From Chitinophagaceae bacterium (GTDB lineage Bacteria; Bacteroidota; Bacteroidia; Chitinophagales; Chitinophagaceae): a stretch of DNA of 64,000 bases. The position numbers and the translations under genes are program-made. The notes beneath the pieces were generated by a model. It did no database searches. It was not told the origin of the DNA and was given only the letters and a program-made list of their open reading frames with translations. How positions within the stretch are numbered: the first letter of the stretch is position 1; every line of letters starts with the position of its first letter. Below, one piece after another: positions 17,951-27,402 of this stretch. The stretch lies in contig DATAJQ010000238.1 of assembly GCA_036262095.1 (NCBI GenBank), forward strand, positions 4,304 through 68,303. The letters are read 5' to 3'.

Positions 17951-19924
17951 TTACAACTGAACAGCAAATGCCTTCTTCCCGTCCCAGTTAACCACTTTCA
18001 CAGGTTTATTTTCCTCTTTTATAGCAACCTGGCATTTACCTCCGGCACGCCGAACAGTGATATCAAACCTCGTATTGAAAGCATAAATATTTTTCAATGA
18101 CATGTGATCCCATCCCCCGGGCAACTTTGGGCAGATCATAAATTTTTTAAACCCTACAGGCTCAAACCCAAAAAGTCCTTCCACAAGGGCCCGGCAGTAA
18201 AGCCCGCTTTCTGCCGAAAGATGCCGCTGATCACCTTCGGGCCATGCCTCGATTGCATACGGTACATGCTCACCCAAAAGGCGTTGGGCAGAATAATAAG
18301 ATAAATAAGAAATTGCCGTATCAGTGGCGCCTGCTTTTAACAGTCCCCGGAATGCATACAGTGTGGACCTGTCCCAGAATGTGGTGGACCCGGATTCTGT
18401 CAACAGACCATTCCGGGTCCATAACTTTGGCGATAGCAATGCTGCCTGCGTTTGTTCTTTACGGTCATAGATACCCATCACCAGCGGTAAACAGATCCAG
18501 GAACGGAGTTTATTATTGCCATCATAGTAACGATACGTATTATACCCTTCCACTGATGCTCCGAAATAGCGTTCAATATTATTTTTCAATTCCTGTGCTT
18601 CTTTTTTCCATTCGCCTGCCTGCGCTGTTTTGTTCAATGCCGCTGCTAATCTTGAGCCATACAGGAAGGATCCATAAGCCAGCACATTAGTAGATAAATT
18701 GTATTTGCCGGCGGGGAACCTCCCTTCCAACTCATCAGAGTCAGAAAAAATAACACCCTGCGGAGATTTCTTATGCAGTAAAAAACGATTGCACCATTCT
18801 ATCAGTGGCCAAAGGGAATAAGCTTCGATAGTATCGGCACAGGTTAAAGCAAACACTGATGCTCCATAAGCTATCATCGCCTGGTCGCCTCTGTCACCAG
18901 CACCATTCCAGTAACCGGTTCCTTCAGCAATGATCGAACTGGGAATAGGCCGGAGCGAATCATTCATATACTTCGCAAAGTGCCGGAAGCTATTTCGGGC
19001 CGATTCAAGTCCTGCAGCATTTCCCAGGTATGCAAAAAAAGGATTGATATATTCAGCCTGATCATTGGCCCATATAGCGGCATAGTATTCACCGCCTCCC
19101 GGGCCATGCATTAGGCCCTGTTTCGTCTCGTAGATGCTTTCGGCAGCCCTGATCTTGGCAAATGCAAACATGCGGTTAATTGTATCGTTAGGTGTTTGAA
19201 GCAACAGTTTTTCCTGCAGTTCATTCACGAGCGCCTGCCTTTTTTCCCATTCATATCCGTCAGCGCAATAAGAAGGTTCATCTGGCTTTTTCCTGGCAGA
19301 GATCACCAGCCAGAAATGACAGGCGCCATTTGCCGGGATAAGGTGGCGCCCTCCGTTATATACCTTGTAGTTGATAACATATGAACCATACACTCCTTTG
19401 TTTTCATCGGTAATGATATTGCTGTCGACCGATGGGATGTACACAGTTACCGGAGAGGTAGTATTGTTCCGGATAATATAGGATTCCAGGTAAGCCGGCT
19501 TATCTGTAGAGGGGAATATTTTTCTTTCCAAACTGAGCCCCTGTTTTAAAATACTCCTGGATTGCAATACGCCCCTGATGGAAAATGACCGGGGAACTTC
19601 ATTTGCTCTTTCATCCCCGATCATGATAGAATCAACCAGGTTACCATTAAATTCCCGGATAAGATTACCCCTGGTATCATTCGGGATCGTGCGCAGCATA
19701 GGGAAAACAAGTTTCCTGCTGATGTACATCATCCCTGGCGATTTGAGGCCATACCTGACAATCGCAGAGATCTGCTTGCCGCTCATCTCTATATGATCAG
19801 TATGTGTTTGCCCCGGCTGCAAGGTCCATTGAATGCTTCCATCACTTTCAAGATGCCAGTATTTTTGTTGGGCAAATAAATGGATGCCGGCCAGTAATAA
19901 CACCGGCAGAATTATTTTTTTCAT
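17951..19924 (-). CDS. Secreted 657-aa protein, possibly a glycoside-hydrolase-like (alpha/alpha)6 fold; family not identified
   Basis: Signal peptide MKKIILPVLLLAGIHLFAQQ. The helix-rich C-terminal half (YYAAIWANDQAEYINPFFAYLG..., WPLIEWCNRFLL) suggests a six-hairpin glycosidase, but I see no diagnostic motif. Confidence 0.35.
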   Translation of the reverse strand: MKKIILPVLLLAGIHLFAQQKYWHLESDGSIQWTLQPGQTHTDHIEMSGKQISAIVRYGLKSPGMMYISRKLVFPMLRTIPNDTRGNLIREFNGNLVDSIMIGDERANEVPRSFSIRGVLQSRSILKQGLSLERKIFPSTDKPAYLESYIIRNNTTSPVTVYIPSVDSNIITDENKGVYGSYVINYKVYNGGRHLIPANGACHFWLVISARKKPDEPSYCADGYEWEKRQALVNELQEKLLLQTPNDTINRMFAFAKIRAAESIYETKQGLMHGPGGGEYYAAIWANDQAEYINPFFAYLGNAAGLESARNSFRHFAKYMNDSLRPIPSSIIAEGTGYWNGAGDRGDQAMIAYGASVFALTCADTIEAYSLWPLIEWCNRFLLHKKSPQGVIFSDSDELEGRFPAGKYNLSTNVLAYGSFLYGSRLAAALNKTAQAGEWKKEAQELKNNIERYFGASVEGYNTYRYYDGNNKLRSWICLPLVMGIYDRKEQTQAALLSPKLWTRNGLLTESGSTTFWDRSTLYAFRGLLKAGATDTAISYLSYYSAQRLLGEHVPYAIEAWPEGDQRHLSAESGLYCRALVEGLFGFEPVGFKKFMICPKLPGGWDHMSLKNIYAFNTRFDITVRRAGGKCQVAIKEENKPVKVVNWDGKKAFAVQL

Positions 19925-20074
19925 TTCTGATCACAGTTTGTTTTTGTACGCCTCTATCAGCAACTCCGGGCATGCAAATCTATTATAAACCAAAACATTT
20001 ATCCATTATATATTAACTTGTGAACTGGTTACTGTTGCCTGCCTCATTTATCACCCCCGGTAAAATCATTAGTC

Positions 20075-21148
20075 ATGTGGTATAACAACAAAGTCACTGA
20101 ATTATTAGGCATCGAATACCCTATCATGCAAGGCCCTTTTGGCGGGAACTTTTCAACAGTTGAATTGACGGCTGCCGTATCCAATACCGGCGGCATTGGA
20201 GGGTATGGTGCTTACACTTTAAGTCCGCAGGAGATCGTTGATGTGAATGCTAAGATCAAAGCTGCGACCAACAAACCATACAATATCAATCTATGGGTAT
20301 CGGATAATGATGTGCCGGGTGGAGCTGTAACTGATGAACAATATGAAGCAGCTAAAAAAATATTCAAGCCTTATTTTGATCAGGCCGGTATACCCGTACC
20401 TGAAAAACCTGCACCATTCAAATCAAGATTTGAGAATCAATTGCAGGTGATATTCGATATCCGTCCAAAGCTATTCAGTTTTGTGTTCGGTATACCTTCT
20501 GCTGATGTTTTGGAACAATGCCGCAAACTCGGTATTAAAACAGCAGGGGCTGCCACTACCCTGGATGAAGCCATTGCATTAGAAAATGCTGGTGTGGACC
20601 TGATCCTTGCCGCCGGTTTTGAAGCAGGCGGGCACCGCCCATCGTTTTTGGCACCAGCAGAGCAATCGACTGTCGGGACTTTTGTGTTATTGCAATTGAT
20701 CAGGGAAAAAGTAAAGCTGCCCATTGTAGCTGCAGGTGGGATTGCTGATGGCCGTGGTATTGCAGCCGCTCTCACTTTGGGAGCAGATGGTGTGCAAATA
20801 GGAACTGCTTTTCTCGCTACGGAAGAATCAGGAGCATTACCTGCCCATAGGCAAATGCTGTTATCCGGTGCAACAAAAAATACAAGTCTGACAAGAGCGT
20901 TTACAGGACGGTTAGGCCGGGGGATTGCTACTCAACTGGCAAAAGACCTGGCAGGAAAAGAAGATCATTTTTTACCATTTCCTTTGCAGGGCTCCTTTAT
21001 GTCTTCTTTAAGAAAAGCTGCGATCGAACAGCAGAAATGGGACCTTCTGCTATTCTGGAGCGGTCAGATAGCACCGGTGCTTCATCATACAAAAGCATCA
21101 GAACTGATGCAGTCGCTTGTTGAGGAAACGAACGCTCTCCTGAAGTAG
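20075..21148 (+). CDS. Nitronate monooxygenase / NMO-family FMN oxidoreductase (FabK-like)
   Basis: LGIEYPIMQGPFGG, IVAAGGIADGRGIAAALTLGADGVQIGTAFL. Confidence 0.85.
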   Translation: MWYNNKVTELLGIEYPIMQGPFGGNFSTVELTAAVSNTGGIGGYGAYTLSPQEIVDVNAKIKAATNKPYNINLWVSDNDVPGGAVTDEQYEAAKKIFKPYFDQAGIPVPEKPAPFKSRFENQLQVIFDIRPKLFSFVFGIPSADVLEQCRKLGIKTAGAATTLDEAIALENAGVDLILAAGFEAGGHRPSFLAPAEQSTVGTFVLLQLIREKVKLPIVAAGGIADGRGIAAALTLGADGVQIGTAFLATEESGALPAHRQMLLSGATKNTSLTRAFTGRLGRGIATQLAKDLAGKEDHFLPFPLQGSFMSSLRKAAIEQQKWDLLLFWSGQIAPVLHHTKASELMQSLVEETNALLK

Positions 21149-21158
21149 TGCACAGCTA

Positions 21159-21374
21159 TTATGCATTTGTCATTAACAGATCAAATGCCTTTTGACCGAT
21201 TATACTTTGTAAAACTTCAGGGCTGTCTTTAGCCTGGCTTCTTAAATCATTTACGAGCAGGGAAGGATCATAGTTAGTGCAAAAAGCAAGCTGGATGCCG
21301 ATTCCCCAGATAGTGGTGTCAGGGATCTTTTTCAAGAGCTCGATCAGCTCATTATTAACCAAAATATTCTCCAA
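21159..21374 (-). CDS. Hypothetical small protein (71 aa)
   Basis: ORF only, with no motif. It starts 10 nt beyond the convergent NMO stop and may be a fragment. Confidence 0.25.
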   Translation of the reverse strand: MENILVNNELIELLKKIPDTTIWGIGIQLAFCTNYDPSLLVNDLRSQAKDSPEVLQSIIGQKAFDLLMTNA

Positions 21375-21807
21375 GGAAGTTTCTTTAAATCAGTTTATAC
21401 ACTTCAGGCGGGTAAAAGCAGAGACCATTCCTTCACAGGTTAGCAACAGGGAATCCTGAGTCTGTATCCGGAATGGTCTCTAAGCTTTCATAGAGTAAAC
21501 CCTACTTGAGATCCGTTTTTAAAATCTGCAGTGCCGGCTTTTATGAAAAACACGCTGCTATTTTATCTCTTGCAGGTTTCCAATTTTCCTGAATTTTCAT
21601 AAGGGAAAAATTGTATCGTCTTCCGCCACCATTCAACCCCGGCGGGGATGGCTGCTGGCTGCGATTTATACTATGTAGACGACCGGACAGTATCCGGGTT
21701 GCCTAAGAAATTAAAAAAGAAACAGAAGTATATCATTTTACCTGCGTGACGAATAAAAACCGAAAAGGTTGCCCCACATATGAATTTTTTATTATATCTA
21801 GTAATTT

Positions 21808-21815
21808 TACTTTTG
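21808..21815 (+). promoter_or_regulatory. Candidate -7 box (TACTTTTG) for the ECF sigma operon
   Basis: An exact TAnnTTTG match ends 30 nt upstream of the ATG at 21845. I see no clear -33 TTG. Confidence 0.3.
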
Positions 21816-21844
21816 CATTTCCCAAAAACTACTAGAAGCATTAA

Positions 21845-22429
21845 ATGAATTCCATCGGGCTAAATAGCGGAACTTCTGCAGAGGGCAACGGAGATAGCGA
21901 TATTGGAGTCTTTATTAAAAAGACCCTGGAAGGAGATGATAACGCTTTCCGATATATCTATAATTTTTATTCCGGTAAAATGTACAGTCTATGCAGGCGG
22001 TATGCCGGTGTAGTGGATGCTGATGATCTGTTCCAGGAAGCGTCTATCAAAGTTTTCCGGAGTCTTGCCAATTATAAAGGACTTGGTTCATTTGAAGGAT
22101 GGATCAGAAAGATTTTTGTAAATACCTGTCTTGACTTTCTTAAAAAGGAAAACAAAATGGTGTTCCTGGAAAATATGGAAGAAGAGGAAGCGATTCACCC
22201 TTCTGTTGAAGCTGAAAATTCCATTACCCTGTCAAGCGATGACTTATTAAAAATAATCCAGAGTATGCCTGATGGCTACAGAACGATTGTAAATCTTTAT
22301 CTCATCGAAGGATACAGCCATAAAGAAATTTCAGACATGCTTAAGATCAATGAAGGCACCAGCAAATCGCAGCTTTCAAAAGCAAGAGCAAAATTACAGG
22401 AGATCATTTTAAAGCAAAATGCCCGATAG
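21845..22429 (+). CDS. ECF-type RNA polymerase sigma-70 family factor
   Basis: Region 2: DDLFQEASIKVFRSLANYKG...WIRKIFVNTCLDFLKK. Region 4 HTH: YSHKEISDMLKINEGTSKSQLSKARAKLQ. Confidence 0.9.
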   Translation: MNSIGLNSGTSAEGNGDSDIGVFIKKTLEGDDNAFRYIYNFYSGKMYSLCRRYAGVVDADDLFQEASIKVFRSLANYKGLGSFEGWIRKIFVNTCLDFLKKENKMVFLENMEEEEAIHPSVEAENSITLSSDDLLKIIQSMPDGYRTIVNLYLIEGYSHKEISDMLKINEGTSKSQLSKARAKLQEIILKQNAR

Positions 22430-23222
22430 CCAGAACGATATACTCAAAAGACTGTCCCAACACGAGGAAAAGCCCCCTGAGTTTCTTTTTGAGAAGATAC
22501 TCGTGGAAGTCCGTCATGGACATAAGGAAAACAGTTGGCAGGATTTGAAAGATCATTCCTTTACTCCGCCCCCTGAATTATACCAGCATATCAGGCAAAA
22601 ATGGATGCAGGAAAGATCACAAAAAAGGTCTCCGGTCTTTTTTATCCGGAAATACCGGGCAATTGCTGCCATTCTTCTGGCAGGCATGTTAGCTGTAGCC
22701 ATTTACATGCTGCTTCCCGGAAAAAGAGCGGTTGAGCCACTTGCAGAAAAGAAACCGGCCCCTGCCGGCCAATCGATTGACAGTGCCCGGAAATCTGATT
22801 CAGCGACTCTCAACGCAAAAGCGGATACCCTATCAAGGCAGGTCAACCGGAAAAAACGTAGCGTACCTGCCTGGCATAGTTCCGGTACCCAGCAAATACC
22901 TTTTGTAAATAATGATCTGCTTTCTTCATTGATGGAATGCACCAACTGCAATTTTGCAGCTTACTTTACAGAAAAGAAAAGGATCATATTGGATATTGAT
23001 CAGTACTCTGCCGTAGCTATCAGCGACAAAATGCGTTTATTCATGCAAGCATTGTACACAACAAACCGGAGAGGTAAATCAACGCATAAGTCAAGAAAAA
23101 CAAAAAGGATACTGGTAAGATGGCAAAAAGCAGATGCCGCTTATTTTGACAACGAATCATCCAGAACAGCATTAGATCCTCTTGACCTTACTGAATTCCT
23201 GATCAATAACAATAAAAAATAA
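22419..23222 (+). CDS. Putative anti-sigma factor (single-pass membrane protein)
   Basis: It overlaps the sigma gene by 11 nt and has one TM segment (YRAIAAILLAGMLAVAIYMLL). The call rests on position alone. Confidence 0.5.
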   Translation: MPDSQNDILKRLSQHEEKPPEFLFEKILVEVRHGHKENSWQDLKDHSFTPPPELYQHIRQKWMQERSQKRSPVFFIRKYRAIAAILLAGMLAVAIYMLLPGKRAVEPLAEKKPAPAGQSIDSARKSDSATLNAKADTLSRQVNRKKRSVPAWHSSGTQQIPFVNNDLLSSLMECTNCNFAAYFTEKKRIILDIDQYSAVAISDKMRLFMQALYTTNRRGKSTHKSRKTKRILVRWQKADAAYFDNESSRTALDPLDLTEFLINNNKK

Positions 23223-23240
23223 TTCTCCTGCATTAGAGCT

Positions 23241-23912
23241 ATGCTGCAAAAGACTTTCAAAATATTATTGTTCATTTTAGTTTTACAGCTGTCCACAAAC
23301 AGCAATGCACAGGGTTTTGCAGCAGGCGATACGTCCACAGAGGATATGGTAATATCCTATAACATTGAAATAAAAACCGGCTCAAAACGGACAAGCATCG
23401 CTGAAACATATAATGGCGGCAGCAAAACGGTTTTTATTTCAAAAAACAAAACGAGAATACGCTTATTAAGCTTAATGCGCATCGAGAGCTTTTTCTTTCT
23501 TCCCGGCGCTGACTCAACCATTCATATTTATCAGGAAAAGGAATCAGCAGCCAAATCCAACCCCAGGCAGGTATCCCTATCCAACTGGCAGAGGCTGAAT
23601 CTTAAATATGATAGCGCCTACTATAAACCCGTTGCCGGTGAAAGCAAAAAGATACTCGGCTACAATTGCAAAAAAGCCATTATTTACCTGAAAGACGGGC
23701 GTACCATCACCGCTTATTACACTGAAGCGATCAAACCCCTCCGCGCAATTTGCGAACCAGCTTTTGCCAGCTTGCCCGGACTGGCACTTGAATATACCTA
23801 CAACTATAAATCAGGAAGCTCCACTTACACTGCAACCTCTATAAAGAGAGAAATGATCAATCCCGATATCTTTTTGTTGAAAGGAAAACAACCTTCTCAT
23901 ATAAGACTATAG
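23241..23912 (+). CDS. GLPGLI-family (TIGR01200-like) secreted protein
   Basis: Signal peptide LFILVLQLSTNSNAQ. The segment ITAYYTEAIKP...ASLPGLALEYTY resembles the family's AWYT...GLPGLILE signature. The size is typical. Confidence 0.5.
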   Translation: MLQKTFKILLFILVLQLSTNSNAQGFAAGDTSTEDMVISYNIEIKTGSKRTSIAETYNGGSKTVFISKNKTRIRLLSLMRIESFFFLPGADSTIHIYQEKESAAKSNPRQVSLSNWQRLNLKYDSAYYKPVAGESKKILGYNCKKAIIYLKDGRTITAYYTEAIKPLRAICEPAFASLPGLALEYTYNYKSGSSTYTATSIKREMINPDIFLLKGKQPSHIRL

Positions 23913-24009
23913 TTCAGGACCTCCACGAGTGGGTTAGCTTTTGTTTTGTACCTTTATCAGGCCGGCGGCGAACGTACTGCTGGTATTTATTCAGCTTAAA
24001 CCTTATTAT

Positions 24010-24390
24010 ATGTCAGCAAAATCTGCGATGGATCTTGTAAAGGAAGCCAAGCAAAAAATTGAAAACCTCACACCTTCCCAGGTAAAGGAAGAAATAAACA
24101 GTGGTCAAGCACAGCTTATTGATATCCGCGAAGCAGAAGAGTTAACTGCTACAGGCAAAATCCCAGGCTCCACTCATGCCCCCCGCGGCATGCTGGAATT
24201 CTATGCCGATGCATCACTCCCCTACCATAAGCCCGAATTCGATAAAAACAAAAGGATCATCCTTCATTGCGCATCCGGCGGCAGATCTGCATTGGCTGCT
24301 AAAACACTTATGGATATGGGTTATGAAAACGTTGCTCACCTGGATGGTGGAATCAAGGCCTGGAAAGAAGCCGGAATGCCGGTTGAATGA
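24010..24390 (+). CDS. Rhodanese-domain sulfurtransferase (single domain)
   Basis: Active-site loop HCASGGRSALAAK (Cys-X4-Arg) and LIDIREAEE. The ATG at 24010 is preferred over the TTG track start at 23941. Confidence 0.8.
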   Translation: MSAKSAMDLVKEAKQKIENLTPSQVKEEINSGQAQLIDIREAEELTATGKIPGSTHAPRGMLEFYADASLPYHKPEFDKNKRIILHCASGGRSALAAKTLMDMGYENVAHLDGGIKAWKEAGMPVE

Positions 24391-24986
24391 TCATGGAAAC
24401 TAAAGCCGGACAACAATACTGGGATCAGTTATATCAAAACAAAGAAACACGCTGGGATATTGGTTACCCTTCACCCCCGCTGAAGGAGTATATTGACCAG
24501 CTTGAAAACAAACAGCAATCCATTCTTATACCCGGCTGCGGCAACAGCTACGAAGCCGGGTATATACTGGCCAGAGGCTTCACAGACCTTACACTTATTG
24601 ATATCTCACCATCGCTGACTTCCTCTCTCGAAGAGAAATTCAAACACTACCTGGACAAACAATTACAAATCATTACCGGCGATTTTTTTGAACTGAAAGG
24701 AAAATATGATCTCATACTGGAGCAAACATTTTTCTGTGCCCTGCCGCCTTCAAACAGGTATGCATATATGCAACAAATGCATAAGCTGCTAAAGCCGGGC
24801 GGCAAGCTGGTTGGAGTACTGTTCAACCGGTTGTTTGAAGAGGCCGGCCCGCCATTCGGTGGAACGGTTGAAGAATACAAGGAGCTTTTCCAGGAAAAGT
24901 TTTTGATTGAGACAATGGAGCTTTGTTATAATTCTATTGAAAAAAGAATGGGGACTGAGGTGTTTATCAAGTTGATACGCAAATAA
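24387..24986 (+). CDS. TPMT-family SAM-dependent methyltransferase (thiopurine / halide-thiocyanate / chalcogen methyltransferase-like)
   Basis: YWDQLYQNKETRWDIG...PSPPLKEYI, SAM motif I ILIPGCGNSYEAGYL, and KPGGKLVGVLF. Its start overlaps the rhodanese stop (ATGA at 24387-24390). Confidence 0.7.
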   Translation: MIMETKAGQQYWDQLYQNKETRWDIGYPSPPLKEYIDQLENKQQSILIPGCGNSYEAGYILARGFTDLTLIDISPSLTSSLEEKFKHYLDKQLQIITGDFFELKGKYDLILEQTFFCALPPSNRYAYMQQMHKLLKPGGKLVGVLFNRLFEEAGPPFGGTVEEYKELFQEKFLIETMELCYNSIEKRMGTEVFIKLIRK

Positions 24987-25007
24987 AACCGGATCTCCGG
25001 TAAGAAA

Positions 25008-25697
25008 TTACCAAACCAACTTATACCCTACCCCTCTTATATTAATGATCTGCACACCTGCATCTTCCCGCAGATGTTTCCTCAATTTGGTAATAAACAC
25101 ATCAAGTGTTCTTGAATTAAAAAAATTATCATCACCCCAGATCGCTTCCAGTATCTTCTTCTTACTGTTAAGTTCCTGCCGGTTCTCATACAATAACCAC
25201 AACAGTTCAGCTTCGCGGGCAGTGAGTGTTTGCCGGCGAAGGTTGAATACCAACTCCTGCTTTACAGGGTCAAATTGATAAAGCCCGATACTGACCGGAC
25301 CTCTTTGTTCCTGCTTTTTCAATAAGCGCCCATCGCTCAGCAGTACTTTGATCCGTATTACCAGCTCCTGCATGGCAAAGGGTTTCCGGAGGTAATCATT
25401 ACCACCGCTTTCAAAACCATCCACCACATCCTGGGGCATGGTTTTGCTGGTCAGAAAAAGTATGGGCACCAGTGAATCAGACTTCCTGATCTCACGTGCC
25501 AATTCAAATCCATTGATACCGGGCATCATCACATCCAGGACAATGATAGAAAAAGCCTGTTTCTTTAATGCAGCCAGTGCATCGTCACCTGAAAACACAT
25601 GCGTTACGGAAAAGCCAGCCGACTCAAGATTCTCTGCAATAATAGAACCCAGCGACTGCTCATCTTCTGACAGCAATATGGAATAACCGTTCTTCAA
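25008..25697 (-). CDS. OmpR/PhoB-family response regulator
   Basis: Receiver domain IIVLDVMMPGINGFEL. Winged helix LTAREAELLWLL...IRGVGYKLV. Confidence 0.9.
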   Translation of the reverse strand: MKNGYSILLSEDEQSLGSIIAENLESAGFSVTHVFSGDDALAALKKQAFSIIVLDVMMPGINGFELAREIRKSDSLVPILFLTSKTMPQDVVDGFESGGNDYLRKPFAMQELVIRIKVLLSDGRLLKKQEQRGPVSIGLYQFDPVKQELVFNLRRQTLTAREAELLWLLYENRQELNSKKKILEAIWGDDNFFNSRTLDVFITKLRKHLREDAGVQIINIRGVGYKLVW

Positions 25698-27175
25698 TCT
25701 TTTATGGGTAGTTGGATCAGAAAACTCAAGCCGTTATTGTTGACCGCTTCAATTCGTCCACCATGTGCCGAGATGATCCGGGCTACATAATATAGTCCAA
25801 GCCCAAATCCTTTGACACCGGCATTTTGAGAAGAAGCCCGGTAAAACTTGTTAAAAATAAATGGCAAATGGGCATTGTCTATTCCAGGGCCATTATCGCT
25901 TATTTCGATCAACAGCTTATCTGTTGTTGATCTGGCTTTGACATGCATTACAATACTATTCCCCCCATATTTTATCGAGTTTTCAATAATATTCTGGAAC
26001 ATGCTCATCAGCTTTTCCCTGTCGCCATATATCTTCAACAACGGTTCTATTTCAAGTTGCCAGGAAAAAGAAGCCTGAACTGTAAAAGACGAAAGCAAGC
26101 CTTCCAGGAACTCCTTTAAATAAAAATTTTCCTTTTTCAGTTTTCCATTGAGGTTTTCTGTCACTGACAGCGATAATACTTTAGATACCATTTCATCCAA
26201 CTTCCTTAGTTCCTTCCTGGAAGTATTCAGATAGCGTTGAGTTCTCTGCTTATCTTCCAAAGCGTCGTAATACTGAAGGCCGTCAACAGCGGCTGCTACA
26301 GTTGCAATCGGCGTCTTCAATTCATGTGTCATATTACTGATAAAATCGTTCTTGAGCTCATCCAGTTGCTTTTGCCTGATGATCGTCCTGTACATGCGAA
26401 AAAGGCAAAACAGGGTAAGCCCCAATAAGATCACGGATGAAAGAATGGCCAGCCACATCCGCTTCAGCAATACAAAACCGGGGGATTCGACCAGGGCAAC
26501 GGCTTTATATTTCTTGTCATAATCATTCAGCGTAAGATAATTGACCGGCAATTCGATGCTGCGTACGGCACTGAATTCTTCTCCTGCTGGTTCCTTTTGC
26601 ATTGTAGTATCCCGGTAACGGATCCTGAAACCAGTAGTGATATCATTCTTCCTAAGTTCATCTGCAAACAATTTACTCACCAGTCCTGTATCTATATTCA
26701 TTTCAGCATGCTTTTTTGTCCAGACCTTGCCGAATCGCTGAGTATAAAAAAAGATCACATCATTGAGCACATTCCTCCTGACATTATCCGATATATACCT
26801 CTCAATGATCTGTTCTTTCTGCCCGGGAAGAAGCTTCTCTCCAACCGGTATTGTTTTGCTTGACCAGGAAGAATAGTCGGAAGGATTTTCCGGATCATAC
26901 ATGGTGATCATCCACATCTTCTCTTTCTCATTGTACTTTGTGCCAATGCCAATAAAATTAGTGTCTGAAAGAAACTCCTCCAGGTAGGCAGACAGCGTAT
27001 CTTTCCGTTTATTCCATTCTTTTTCAATAGCCTGTTGAAATGAATAATCCACCTGCCTTTTCAGGATATCTTTCCCTCCTTTCCATTCCTCACTTATCCA
27101 ATAGGCCTGTAAACACAGCAGTCCAACAGATGCTATAACAGAAAGAGTAAATAATTGCTTTAGCCGGTGCTTCAT
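25694..27175 (-). CDS. Sensor histidine kinase (HisKA / HATPase_c)
   Basis: Two TM segments, H-box FISNMTHELKTPI, DNGPGI, GFGLGLYYV. It overlaps the regulator by 4 nt. The ATG at 27175 (MKHRLKQ) is preferred over the track start at 27235. Confidence 0.9.
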   Translation of the reverse strand: MKHRLKQLFTLSVIASVGLLCLQAYWISEEWKGGKDILKRQVDYSFQQAIEKEWNKRKDTLSAYLEEFLSDTNFIGIGTKYNEKEKMWMITMYDPENPSDYSSWSSKTIPVGEKLLPGQKEQIIERYISDNVRRNVLNDVIFFYTQRFGKVWTKKHAEMNIDTGLVSKLFADELRKNDITTGFRIRYRDTTMQKEPAGEEFSAVRSIELPVNYLTLNDYDKKYKAVALVESPGFVLLKRMWLAILSSVILLGLTLFCLFRMYRTIIRQKQLDELKNDFISNMTHELKTPIATVAAAVDGLQYYDALEDKQRTQRYLNTSRKELRKLDEMVSKVLSLSVTENLNGKLKKENFYLKEFLEGLLSSFTVQASFSWQLEIEPLLKIYGDREKLMSMFQNIIENSIKYGGNSIVMHVKARSTTDKLLIEISDNGPGIDNAHLPFIFNKFYRASSQNAGVKGFGLGLYYVARIISAHGGRIEAVNNNGLSFLIQLPIKD

Positions 27176-27402
27176 ACCAGGCAAATGTATCGGGTTTGTA
27201 CGGGACGGGGAAAACCAATTAACAAACATTAACAATGATTCGTAACCGGTTAACCGGGTTTGGCCGAAAGCAGATTTATGTTTGTTCAGATAATTTTTAT
27301 CGCATGAAATAACTCTTAAAATTTTCAGGTCCCATGCTCAAAATGCACTGATAATTTTTAGATGAACCCATGCCACCATTTTGAAGAATTAAAAATATAA
27401 GC

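Noticed and set aside
21277-21459. A 60-aa + strand ORF in the spacer upstream of the ECF sigma gene.
   Set aside because: It partly overlaps the opposite-strand 71-aa ORF and has no motif or plausible promoter, so coding is not supported.
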